This document shows positions 36,120 to 48,659 of a stretch of 64,000 nucleotides of DNA, piece by piece (the first letter of the stretch is position 1; each line of letters begins with the position of its first letter). Both the position numbers and the translations under genes were made by a program. Origin of the DNA: Takakia lepidozioides (lineage: Eukaryota; Plantae; Bryophyta). Below the pieces are notes generated by a model that saw only the letters and a list, made by a program, of their open reading frames with translations, was not told the origin of the DNA and searched no databases. The stretch spans positions 38,750,001 through 38,814,000 of the forward strand of contig CM060732.1 of the NCBI GenBank assembly GCA_030704615.1. Reading direction: 5' to 3'.

Positions 36120-39100
36120 TCAAAGAGAAGTTGGCGGAGCTCTACGCGAGGTGTCCCGCTGCAGAAGGGTGATGACTTCTCCGTAGCCTAGTGTGGCTTG
36201 GTGAATGAATTGGTCTCTCTTACCGTCGCAACACATAATTACAAGGTATATGTAATATTGATGCTTGCAGGGGACCCACTTCCCTCTCATGCCGAGAGCG
36301 CCCTCACGCATTGTTACAAAATCCGGACAAGTGCACGATGGGAAATTCCCGATGGTAACCTGATATTCTTTGGCATGAAGAACTGAGCCAATTGACAGCA
36401 CTGTGTAAATCCGTCCATACCCGGGGAAGGGACTTCGGTGATACGAGTCACCCTAGCCTGCAAAATTCTAGCCGATTCCATCTTGCATTCGTGATCTGCA
36501 CCCGAAGCAACACGGCGCACTGTTTTTCCATCTCTTTTTGTTGGGTGGGAGTCGGCACCGGGTGGAGGCATTGTCGGAGCATGTGGCACATCTGTGCCGA
36601 CAGTGCATAAGGGCACCACCCGGGACCGTGCAAGACAAAACCCTCCCTCCTCCAGCATGCTTATCTCGGTTGAGGACAGCGATGTCCCAATTTTCACAGG
36701 CCAAATTGCGGGGGAGGGGGCTTCATTATCACGGAAGGACGAACTGTTCCCTTCACGCATCGTGCCATATTGTCTGGGCAGAACCAAAACTTGTGCTCTT
36801 TTGACTCCCCACTATGGTAAGGTCGGAACAACCCTGTGAATGTTGGAGCTGGAGTCCCCCTGGAGCCTTTGCATATTTTTGATTTGCATTTCTTGAATGA
36901 GGGGGTCCGAATTGCCATGCAAGCCACTCTAGATCCCGGTGGGGTGCGTTCTATATGCCAGTCACTATCAATGCAATCAGATTCCTGCACCATGGCCACC
37001 ACCTCCTCCAATGGGATTTCCGCTGCTATGCTTGCATGTTCTGCACCTGCTCCACAGGAGGAGGACCCACCTGGGAAGGGGCCGGCACAGGACTTAGTCT
37101 GCACTGGAGACACCTTTGGCACAGAGAAATTGACCCTGTCTGGCCTATGGGAATCTCCATCTGACCCTGGAAGAGTGTTTAATTTCCTTTTGCATGATCC
37201 AAATCTTTCCTCGCCTTCCAAATGGGGGAGCCTGGATTGCAGAGGGGAGCCTTCAGTGCACCTGTTTAGAGCTCTGGCCATCTTTGACGGGTCTCCGGAC
37301 CTACTCGCAGCCCTTAGCATCAACAAAGTCGTATCGGGGCCCTTCCCTCCACCCCGTCCCATCAGAAAATTGCGGTACCTGGTTTGTTGTGTAAGTGCCC
37401 GCACCATGTCATCAGCAGTGGCCACATACAAGTCACGACCTGCTTTGGTAGACTGTTGCATCCAGGCGTTGTGAACAGTCTCTGCCAAATTACACGATGG
37501 CATGTCGGCCAAGTCCTCCAAGGACATGTCCTGCAGGAGGCATTGCATGGAAATGTGAGGAAGGAAAAGAAATGGTAGAGGTTCTTCAAGTGACAATCGA
37601 ACAACCCCAAATGAACAGGCACGATGCAAAGTGCAATTTGTGTTTAAGGAAAACTTGTGAGGCTTACCGTCGTCATGAAAGCTCCCCACTGTCTGTACCT
37701 GAAGTGCCAGAAAACCAACCAGTCCTCCAACTCCTTCAGGTGGATACCTGTAGCAGCACCAGAGGAGAACCACCAAGCCCGGATTGCCTGGTAAGTGCTC
37801 TCAGCTTCTCCCATTGAGGTGGCATTCTTGTACTTCAGACAGAGCCTTCTATGCTCCAACTGAAGGTCAGGGCGAATGCAGCGCTTTGTATGACGTGCCA
37901 GAGATTGACTCCAATGGAAGAGGCATGTGCGCTCCCTATTTTCCATTGGGACCTTAGGATCCCCGAACCAAACACGCGCCGCACTGCATTGAAATTTGCC
38001 TGTGCACTATCAGCCATGAAGCCCGCAAAATTTGTGTTCTGTATTCCATTGCGCTGCATGACGGCCAGGAGGGAATTCCACATGAGCATCTGGGATTCAG
38101 TGTCCTCCGACTGCATATCACAAATTGCTATGGAGAGCACACGCTGGTACGCTGGATCATACACATGGCACGCCATGGTTGTCCAACCCTTCACCCGTTT
38201 GCAGTGATCAAACATTAACCAACATTTAGCCAAATCTCCTCCAGGTTGCATTCGGCGGACAATGCTCACACCACTGCCTTGGCCCACAGCGGACATCTTG
38301 AACAAATACACTTTGGACGAGCCCTGGCCAGGGAACATACTGTTTTGAATGAATTCATAGCGACTCCTCCGTTTGAGGTCCATAATGTTGTCCATGAATC
38401 CAGCAGTGCCTGTGCCCATTCTGAGTGCATTCACCTGGTTTCGAATATTGGGAGAGCTCAACACGGAGAAATGGTCCATGACTGCCTCAAGGGAATCTGC
38501 ATCCAGCATTGGCTGTGTCGCATCCCCTTCACCCAGTATGTGTTTTTCCAGGAATGCCTTGCTAGCTGCAAGCGCTATAGCAGAAGGTGTTGCACAAGGG
38601 GCATTGTGGAACTCTTGCTTCAGTAGATTTCTAGCGATGTCCACGCTATCCCTGCAACTCCCTTTGGACACAGGATGCTCGTGTGCACCCATATGAATGC
38701 AGGCACGAGTCATTGTCTTGCATCGATGTGCCACCTGATACATACGAGCGTGGCAAACAGAAACACAGGACGGGGAAAGTTTGCAGAACCTGCACACAAA
38801 AGTATTGGTCTTGGGAGGTGCAAGCCCTGGGGTGAAAGGATTCAGGGGCACACCTTCCCACTCACTTTCGTTTGGCTGAGCGCTGTTTCTCAGCCGAGGG
38901 CAAGAAATATTCAGGCACTTGCAATGCCCAACGCAAACCGACCTCCGAAATTTCAAGCCAATGTCGTTATGGATGTTCGACGTTTTTGTCCTGCACCAAG
39001 GATGTCCGTCATGTTTCTTGTCCATGCCCTGCAGAAGCCCAGCCAGTCCACTGGAAGACGTGGGAGGGTTGAGCTCAAACAAGATGTCCCCATCAAACTG

Positions 39101-39697
39101 AGCTGGCACGTATTGAACCCGTTGCACTGGAAGGGACTCCCAATCAACAAAACGTAGCTCGCTCTTGCACCCAGGCACACCTGCGAGGGCTTTCAATTTT
39201 GGAATGACACTTGTTATCTCTTGCAATTCGTCATCATCCAATAAGGGAGTTTGCACTGGCGGAGGAATCTCAGAAACATCCTCCGAGGACGAGTCCGAAA
39301 GAGTCACGAAGGTAGTGGATGTGCTCACCTCTTGTTTCACAGGAACTGTGCCCTTCTGTTGCACGACCGATGCTGCAGTGCCAGGGGTAACGACTGATCC
39401 TGCTGATTGTCTTCTCTCTTTTCCAAGGACACGGTATGTTCCTGGAAGGACTCTCCACTTCCTTCCACACTCGCCAACCAAGGGTTTCTCCAAGTGCCCA
39501 GAATCCAAATTCCCATCCTCGTCATACACCTCTTTCTGAACAAGCAGAGAACCCAACTCCAGCGGGAACACTGTAACCAGCTCATCCTCATGAACAACTG
39601 CATACCCATCGTCGTCTGCAGTGGCAGTCAGTGGAAGAGTACCTGCATTGGAATGGAATCGAGCGAGTGCATCTCGCTCCCTCGACATGTTTTCCAT
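36120..39697 (-). mobile_element. Mutator-like (MULE) transposase with N-terminal GCM-like zinc domain, DDE core and C-terminal SWIM; intron 37531-37667; three apparent frameshifts
   Basis: DGHPW..C.G...C.N..C..C..C...H.GAHEHP, then WLMFD, FMADSAQA, TCLFHW and NLAETVH, then CTCPDF..CKH. Frameshifts lie at ~37962, ~36715 and ~36420, in or next to G/C runs. Confidence 0.85.
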
Positions 39698-40694
39698 CAC
39701 TGAACGAAACTGGCGATTCAGAACGGAATCCCCGAACTGAGAGCCCGTAATTATCGAAAGTGGAAATACCACCAGCAAACTGAGGTCAACAAGGGTAGCA
39801 CCAAACCAAAGGCTGCCGGCGATGCATGCCAAGGATGTAGGGATGACGTGCACCTTCACCTCCCACCAACCAGAAAAACCGTTTTGAAAGACCAGAGCCA
39901 CAAGAAGCCGTGCTGTTTTTGGATGGAAAACAAACCCTGAAAATGACATGAAACCATCCATTATGAAATGACGGCAACAACCCTGGAGAGCAGTAAACAG
40001 GAAGATCCGATTGTAATGAGATTGTGTTGCGCCAGAATAGCACAGAACAAACACTGACACTCCAAGAGATACCTCGCACGAATGTGTGCAACACATGGTC
40101 ATATCCGACAAATCCTTTATACCGAATGACCCCATGGGGACGGTCACGGCATAAAAAAAACCACAGGGCATGCAGTACAACACACGTGGATGCATATGTG
40201 AAGCATAACAATTATTGCGAATCTGGAAGAACTGCTCGGAATTGAAAAAGCACTACATTTCTACGGCACATTCGAATTTGAAAGAAGGCAAGGAGGCCGC
40301 CATGTATTGGCAGGCGGCGAAGTACATCTGACATATATCGCAAATGCATGCAACGGATGTTCTTTTTCTTCGGCGCTTTATTAGCTGGGTAATACAAAGA
40401 CGCCAAAATGGATGAATTCCGTTCGCACACAATATCAACACCCGCATCCAAATACGGTTGACAACGTCCATTTTTATTTTTGTTACATGCGATACCAGGA
40501 CTTGTTGCAAACGTCAAACTGGAGAGCTCCAGGGGCATCGTGGGGAGCCCTTGTTTCCAGCGGAGGAGAAAGAGAAGGAAGTCATTATACTTCACGAGTT
40601 CTAGAAACAGGAATAGAGCTAGATATAGAATGAGGATGGAAAGAGTGGAGGAAGAGGAAAAGGAGGAAGAAGAGGAATACAGGAAAGTGTGGCG

Positions 40695-43600
40695 ATGGAG
40701 GAGCAGGAATCTGGAGAAGAACAACAACCCAACATAGTTCCAGGAACAGGCGAGGAGGACACTGCGTCTGAGGGAGAGACAGACGACATGGAGGAAGATG
40801 TTGACACTGGCCTCACGAAGAATCTGACCACGGGAAAGAGGAAGGGGGAGAGGCTCACCTACATAGTCGGCGAAGAGAGCAGCCCGAAGCGGAAAGGGTC
40901 CCCGGCAACTGGGGAGTCTTCTCGAGTACCTACGAAAAAGGTAAAATCTACAGGACCCACATTTGTGAAGAATTCGGCTTTCAATGGCAGGTATTTGAGA
41001 AAGAAAGAACCATTCAGTGGCAGCTCAAACAGTGTGCGTTGCCGCACACTGTTTGAGCTGCACAAGTCACTGTTTAAGGGTGCAAAATTCTTCCTTCAAC
41101 GACACCTTTCTGAGGATGAAATGAACCCCGCACTTCCAGCTCAAACAGTGTGCGGCAACGCACACTGTTTGAGCAGATCTTTCAATGTTTTAGGGTGCAA
41201 AATTTGGCCTTGGAGTCAGTTATCTGCGGGTGAAATGAACCCTTCACTGCCAGCCCAAACAGTGTGCGGCAACGCACACTGTTTGAGCTGAACATTTCAA
41301 TGTTTTAGGGTGCAAAATTTGGACTTCAGGGGCACCTTTCTGAGGATGGAATGAACCCTGCACTGCCAGCTCAAACAGTGTGCGGCAACGCACACTGTTT
41401 GAGCTGAACATTTCAATGTTTTAGGGTGCAAAATTTGGACTTCAGGGGCACCTATCTGAGGATGAAATGAACCCTTCACTGTCAGCTCAAACAGTGTGCG
41501 GCAACGCACACTGTTTGAGCTGAACATTTCAATGTTTTAGGGTGCAAAATTTGGACTTCTGTCTGTTATCTGAGGATGAAATGAACCCTTCACTGCCAGC
41601 TCAAACAGTGTGCGGCAACGCACACTGTTTGAGCTGAACATTTCAATGTTTTAGGGTGCAAAATTTGGACTTCAGGGGCACCTATCTGAGGATGAAATGA
41701 ACCCTTCACTGTCAGCTCAAACAGTGTGCGGCAACGCACACTGTTTGAGCTGAACATTTCAATGTTTTAGGGTGCAAAATTTGGTCTTCAGTCACTTATC
41801 TGAGGTGAAATGAACCCTTCACTGCCAGCTCAAACAGTGTGCGGCAACGCACACTGTTTGAGCTGAAACATTTCAATGTTTCAGGGTGCAAAATTTGGAC
41901 TTCAGGGACCTGTTTGAGGATGAAATGAACCCTTCACTGTCAGCCCAAACAGTGTGGCGGCAACGCACACTGTTTGAGCTGAACATTTCAATGTTTCTCT
42001 GGTGCATTTGGACTTCAGGTTGACCTGTTTGAGGATGAAATGAACCCTTCACTGCAGCTCCAAACAGTGTGCGGCGGCAACGCACACTGTTTGAGCTGAA
42101 CATTTCAATGTTTCAGGGTGCAAAATTTGGTCTTGCNNNNNNNNNNNNNNNNNNNNNNNNNNNNNNNNNNNNNNNNNNNNNNNNNNNNNNNNNNNNNNNN
42201 NNNNNNNNNNNNNNNNNNNNNNNNNNNNNNNNNNNNNNNNNNNNNNNNNNNNNNNNNNNNNNNNNNNNNNNNNNNNNNNNNNNNNNNNNNNNNNNNNNNN
42301 NNNNNNNNNNNNNNNNNNNNNNNNNNNNNNNNNNNNNNNNNNNNNNNNNNNNNNNNNNNNNNNNNNNNNNNNNNNNNNNNNNNNNNNNNNNNNNNNNNNN
42401 NNNNNNNNNNNNNNNNNNNNNNNNNNNNNNNNNNNNNNNNNNNNNNNNNNNNNNNNNNNNNNNNNNNNNNNNNNNNNNNNNNNNNNNNNNNNNNNNNNNN
42501 NNNNNNNNNNNNNNNNNNNNNNNNNNNNNNNNNNNNNNNNNNNNNNNNNNNNNNNNNNNNNNNNNNNNNNNNNNNNNNNNNNNNNNNNNNNNNNNNNNNN
42601 NNNNNNNNNNNNNNNNNNNNNNNNNNNNNNNNNNNNATCCAACCTTTGGGGTACGAAGAAAGCACTTGTTCGGATTGACTGAGGAGGACTTTGAGCGCAT
42701 TGGCAGCTTCATTCCTACAACACAGATGGATGCAATTTGGCAATTTCCGCTCCGTACAACAAGTTGATGAAGGATCTGCATAGCTTGAGGATGGACTTAC
42801 TCCATGGAACCGACCATTCACAGAAGTTGTGGTGGATGACGCATTGCAGTGGTTTGCATTGGTGATGGAGCAAGCAGTATTCGACATTGTTTTGCAGAAT
42901 CCCAATGTCTTCAAAGTCCTGTGGTGTGGGACCCCAACTGAAGACCGCATTGGCGCCATTGCTCATCTCGATGGAGCATGCCTGTGCCGGCAAATCAAGG
43001 ACATTGGCCTCGTCGGAATCTCTTGGAAGGTAAAAATGTTATGGGCAACTTTCGTGTTTCAGCTCCATTTCTTTTGCCAACTTTTTTTAGAAGTTCACAT
43101 TTGCATAAACATGTGTTGCAGGGCGAGTTGATCTGGGAGACAAGCAAATGCAGGCTACTTTCGACTCTTTTGCCAGAGGTGCAAGGGACCTTGTCCTGGG
43201 CTTTACAAGGAGTTCGGGAGACTGTCCAGCAGACTGGTCACAAGAATGTCCAACAACATATTCCCCATGACACATGTGGACAGACTGCCCAAGTGCTGGA
43301 GACCGAGCATGTGCAGTAGACCATCCCGGGTAATAGGCCGGATCACTCCCAGCAGACTGCCCCGCACACACATACTCAGTATGTGCAAACAGTACTGAGC
43401 GGGCAGCGAACTTTGCAGACTTTGCAGTAGACCGGAGAACAGACCGGCCAACAGACTGCCCCTCAGCCGATTGTGCAGCAGACCAGCGAACATGGCTAGC
43501 AGACTGCCCCTCAGCAGATTGTGCAGCAGATCGGCCAATCCAGCCAGCAGATTGCCCCTCAGCAGACTGTGCAAGACACTGGCGAACCCACTCAGCAGAT

Positions 43601-46353
43601 GGCCGAGCAGACTGTCCAGGAGACTAATAGCCAGTCTGTTCCCTGGATTGTGCAACAGACTCGGATGCACTGGCCTCACCGGGACCCTGTGGATGAATTT
43701 CTGCTGAGTTCCCAACAACATGTTTTTGAATCTACCAGTATGAGTGTTTTGACCGAGTCCACTTTTCCCCCAGGCACATTCACTGACGACGTCATCATGT
43801 CACCGGTAAAGCATTCTTATCCAGCTCCCCGTGGCCTGCCTTTTATGACCTTCCAGCTCAGTCCCGTTTTCGTGCGCTCAGTGGCGAAAGCCATAGATGA
43901 GTCTTACGTGATGACCAAACTCAATCTGGGAACGCAAAACCGTATCATAGATCTTACAGAAGAGTCTGAGGAAGCAATTGCCGGTGGGTCTTCCATACAT
44001 GTTCTTGATGTTTCCCAAGTCCATGGAGATCCGAACACCCAGCCAGTTGTCCACCGGACTGACCAGCACACTGAACAGTCGACACATGGAAGGACTGCCG
44101 AGCAACCTGTGGCGGGGCAACAGACTATCTTCATTGATGAGCAGACTGAACTGTAGACTAACCAGCAGACTGCACAGGTCACAGAGGGAAGGACTGACCA
44201 GGATGGCTCGGAGTGGCAGACTATTCTGCTCAGCTCTGACTACACAGTTCAGACTGCACGGCCTGACCAGCACACTGCACACATCACAGAGGGAAGGACT
44301 GACGACCAACCTGCCACTGAGCACACTGCCCACATTGAGGGAGAAACTGAACTGTAGAGTTGCGAGCAGACTGCACAGTTCACAGACGAAATGACTGACG
44401 AAGAACCGGCGGCGAGCCGACTGCCCACATTGAGCAACAGACTGAACATGCTGGTAGGCACACTGACGATGAACCACATGCGGCGCAGACACCGTCTGGT
44501 ATAGCGCTGGATTGCATGGAGTCTGCTCCCTCACCCCTTGCGCAGATTGTGCCATTTCCTCTTTCAGCACTGTTGTTTATGTTTTAGCACATTGTGAAAT
44601 TGGGCTAATTCGCCATTTTGCTCGGTATCCTCACATGATGTTCGTCCCTCCGTCGGCAGACTGTCTACTTCTGAGGACATGACATCTTCCGCCCATGCTG
44701 CAAACGTGGGATCGACAACCAAGAAAGGTGTGGGGGTGAGCACACCCCCCGATGCGCGGGTCAGTTCTACATATGCGACCCACGAAGCTGCAAAGACAGG
44801 TCCAACAAGTGTAAACAAACCTGCTGACCAACCTCTGTTGCGAAGTAGGGCGGCAGCGCTGCATTTGTCTGCTCTATCCAGCCCGCTTACAGCTGTCCCT
44901 GCTTCCCAGGGGAGAGGCAAAGCCAAGAAGCGGACTATCGTGGTCCATGCTGAGGAGGTCAAGGAGGGTCCGAGTACCAAGAGACTGGCGAAGAAAAAGT
45001 CTGGCGTCTTTATGAACAAGAACCGTAAGCTGGCCTTGGACATGGACAAAGATCGTTTCCTGGAGCAGCACAGGTGAGTACTGTGCTCAGTTTCCTCATC
45101 TGTCTTTGTCGTTAAGTGCTTTGCGATCTGTTGTGGTCAGTCTGCTGCCGGTTGTCATCATTGTCTGTTGTGGTTAGTCTTGTCAGTCTGCTGATGAACT
45201 GTTCAGCCTGTAGAGTGTTTGGTACCATGTTGATGTCTGTCTGTTCAGTACATGAGGCTTCCCGAAGGATGGTGCTCTGTGCAGGATGGGTGCTCGTTTT
45301 GGCAAAGCACATGCTCTGCACGTCAAGGCGGGTAATTCCATGCTGATGTTTTTTTAAGGGGACCCACGGTTTGAATGCGGACTGTCGCCGGATGACATAA
45401 AGGCACTCCAGAAGGTTGAGTCAGAGTGCACAGATAGACTCCTGGAGCTGTGGTGTCGATTCTATGAGAAATCGGTTGAGGCTGCGGTTCACCAACACTA
45501 TTGTTGTTCTTCCAACGTCGACGTGGACGGTGTTGAAGTCATTGGGGATAGGGCAATGTGAAAGCCTTTTGGAGGTCTTCAAAGGTTGCCTTAGCACTGA
45601 ACGACTGGGCAAGGACTTGAAAGAGTGCGATTCATTTTGGTGCCAATTGGGGACGAGTAAGAACTCTTCCGAGTCTGCTTCGACTGTCTCCTGAGTCATA
45701 GTTTGGTTTCGCAGTGTCGTCTTGACTCTAGGCGATTAAGTTGACCTCTGTATTTGTGCAGTGGACTGGGTTTGAAGATTGAGTCTGCTAAGTCAGCTGA
45801 GTGCTGAGTCTGCTAAGTGGTCGGTCTGCTGAGTGTCAGTCTGCTGAGTCTGCCCATCATGATTGTGCAATGACGCCATGTTGTTTGATACCATTGCAGA
45901 GGGCACTGGAGTGTTTGTATCATCGACCTCCGCAAGGGCTGTTACACTCACCTGAACTCTATCAGGGACTCGCATGTTCTAGGGTGGATTCGGAAGCTTC
46001 ATGGTGAGTGCTTAGGGTACTCAATGGACTCACCGGAGTGGCACGAGATTGTCCAAGCATTTCAGTTCCACGCGCCTGATGTGCCCCAGCAACCATTCAG
46101 CTGGGAGTGTGGCTTTTACGTCATGTCATTCATTCAAGTGTTTTATGAGTGGGTAAAAGTCAGAGGAAATGTCTCCGAGACTGCAAAGCCAGAGAGAGGA
46201 ACACCTTTCACGAAGGACTGGTTTACTTTCAAAGTTTGCACTTGGGCAGCGAATGCAGTGTGCCCAGTATATCGTGCAGGGGTTGGACAATGTAGAGAAA
46301 CTGCTCTCATGAGTATGATGTACTTGTCCTGTGAAGTCTATGTACCGAAATAA
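40695..46353 (+). CDS. Putative multi-exon TE accessory gene ending in a Ulp1/C48-family cysteine protease domain (model uncertain; spans the gap; frameshifts)
   Basis: Acidic/NLS-like first exon (40695-40940, GT donor at 40941) and Q/T-rich middle ORFs. Protease motifs: LSPDDIKAL, FILVPIG, then exon 45900-46353 GHWSVCIID..HLNS..VPQQPFSWECGFYV. Confidence is high for the protease and low for linkage to the first exon. Confidence 0.6.
41000..42136 (+). repeat. Tandem array of ~113-116-bp units, each containing a 40-nt palindrome (18-bp stem, GCAA loop); at least 10 units, running into the gap
   Basis: CAGCTCAAACAGTGTGCG-GCAA-CGCACACTGTTTGAGCTG and close variants start at 41021, 41137, 41251, 41367, 41483, 41597, 41713, 41826, 41941 and 42055. 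Confidence 0.97.
42137..42636. other. Assembly gap (500 N)
   Basis: Run of N; the round size suggests a placeholder length. Confidence 1.
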
Positions 46354-47097
46354 AAAATGCGAGTATTTTCGCTTACTATTCCAGTGGTGATGAGCACTTT
46401 TGTGTACTGTGGGTGCTGGCATGTTTTGTAATGTTGTCACTAAACTCAATGGACACAATGGTGTTAATTTTTCCATGCATTGTGCACCCGAGTCCGCTGA
46501 GCTTGAATGTGCGAGTAGTATGCTGCCGAGGCTAGGACTGGTGGGTCTGGTACCTAGTCTGGTAGGCACCATGTCCATGAGTCCGCTAGGACGCTGGATT
46601 GGCATGAGTCGTTAGGGAGGTAGTCCACTGGAGCCTGTCCATTTTGAGTCTGTTGTTGTGGATGAGTGTGCTTGAGACTTAGTCTGTCCAGCAGTCTGCT
46701 GGGAGAGTTGCAGGGATGAGGTGGAAGTGTGGTGAGTAGACGTTCGGAGTGGACAGCGAACTAGGCAGCAGACTGACCAGTAGACTGGCTTACTGGCGTT
46801 CGCAGTCTGCTGACTGTGACTCTGTTGGGAGACTGTGCATGAGTCCGTTGGGAGACTATGCTTGGGAGACTGTGTGGGAGTCAGTTGGGAGACTAGAGGA
46901 GTCAGTTGGGAAACTCTGCAGCTGTCTGATGGGAGTTGGTGCCGGAGTGTGCTGGGATTGTGGAGACTGTGCATGAGTCCATTGCGGACTTGTATTTCAG
47001 AAAGGGACAATGCTACCAGAGGAATTGCAGACTTATATTGTCTTCTTCGTGACACCTACACGACCTGAAACCTTGTCTCTTTTCAAGCATTGCAGAC

Positions 47098-48087
47098 TTA
47101 TATTGTCTTCTTCGTGACACCTACACGACCTGAAACCTTGCGAATTTTCGAGTATATATGTGCTGCAGGTGCAGGTGCAGATGCAGACACCCTCTTGTTG
47201 GTTCTCCGCAAAACCCTAGGCCGGGTTTTCCAGGCCTCCACGAAATCTCGTCTCCTTTTCAGAGACATGTTGTTGTTGTCGTTCAGAGGACGGAAAGCCT
47301 TTGTTGCCGCAGGGTGCAACATTCCAGTCGCACTTTTCGCCAGGATATCAACGAACTGCCCTCTGCACATACGAAGAGTAGATCGGGCATGTGCCTCCAG
47401 GTATTTGTCATCACCTACAATGCGAAGTATGTCCGCGAATTCTTGTTCCATTGAGGCTGAGACCTCCAGAGGTGCCTCGTCGTAGGGGAAGTCGTCCGGA
47501 GGATGTCTTTCCATGAACTGATTGGATTCGTCGTTGCCGCCGGCACCATTGCCCAAGAGCAAGTTATGTAATCCTCCATGAATGGTTCCCAGCGCCGTGC
47601 CACAAGCGCGCACAAGGAGGCCATCCTGCAGGTTAGGGTGAAGCATCTTCAGGACACGGACCTGATGCTTGCATAAGTTTCCCTTCATTGCCCATGGGCA
47701 CGTGCAACAAGCCCAATCGCAATCAGGATTGTAAATAATGTATGTTGTGCCGGGGTGGTTGCTGCTGAGAACGTAGGCTGGTTCACCAGGACCCAAGGGA
47801 AGAGTAACACTCTCAGCAGGAATGTCTCGTGCCGCAAGTATAGAACTGGATATGTACTTTTCGTGTTTGTCATTTCTTATGAACCTGTGGGTCTTCAAAT
47901 GGATTGCGTACCAGTAGTGTGTTAGCACACGGCCAGTGAATTCCCATATAAGCCAGTCCACTCTACGACCACTCATCTTGCCTTTCCCTATGGCAAGTCT
48001 TGCCTTCAGATTTCCATGGTATGCCTCAATGCTTGCGTTTGTGTCTTGGCTCGCATGAGGGACATGGCGGGCTGTTGTACACCACAT
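47098..48087 (-). pseudogene. C-terminal half of a second, unrelated MULE/SWIM transposase
   Basis: QDTNASIEAYHGNLK (catalytic E region), RRVDWLI and SWIM CTCPWAMKGNLCKH. The N-terminal D..D part is absent. A 52-bp direct repeat covers the stop (47024-47075 / 47089-47140). Confidence 0.85.
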
Positions 48088-48659
48088 TGCTATTTTGGGC
48101 TTCCAGTACTACTCGATATAGTCAAGAAATTCATGTCCTTTCGGGTATTTTGACCTCATACGACGAGAACAGTGCGCACGTTCCCGGCTGCTGGCAAATG
48201 GCAGGCGGCAGGGATAAAGGTTTGAATCGCAGCCCTAAAAATGGAGGGCTCGGATGGGTTATGGGAATGGACGGTGGAGATCCTGCGCCGTCAGCGGACT
48301 GGATGGCAGGGGACTGGCCAGCGGACTGGCGGGCAGACTGGAGGACTGACAGACTGCTGGGTAGCGGACTGGCCAACACCAGACTGGCGGGCAGACTGGC
48401 GGACTGGCAGACTGTTGGGCAGCAGACTGGCCAGTAGCGGACTGGCAGACTGGAGGGCAGCGGACTCATGGGTGGGGGACTAGCCGCGCGGCGGACGAGG
48501 GCGCGGTTGCTGCAGCCGCGTCCGCGGCTGGGCGACCGCGCGCAGCGGCGGGCGGGGCGGGGCGGGTAGGGTGGGGGGAGCCGGGCGTCCGTGCGCGGGG
48601 CCCACCGGCCACATCGCACATGCCCATTGAAGACCCTATTATCTTAAAATGAGAGGCGG

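Noticed and set aside
39698-40195. Hydrophobic N-terminal extension of the 786-aa transposase ORF
   Set aside because: It reads like UTR or intron sequence that is open by chance; the transposase-like sequence starts near the ATG at 39697.
41000-42136. CRISPR array (palindromic repeats with variable segments)
   Set aside because: The variable parts are only 11-13 nt, related to one another and sometimes repeated. The constant part is about 100 bp, no cas genes are present, and the context is eukaryotic.
42049-42959. Long ORFs across 42.1-42.9 kb
   Set aside because: Artefacts of translating through the N gap.
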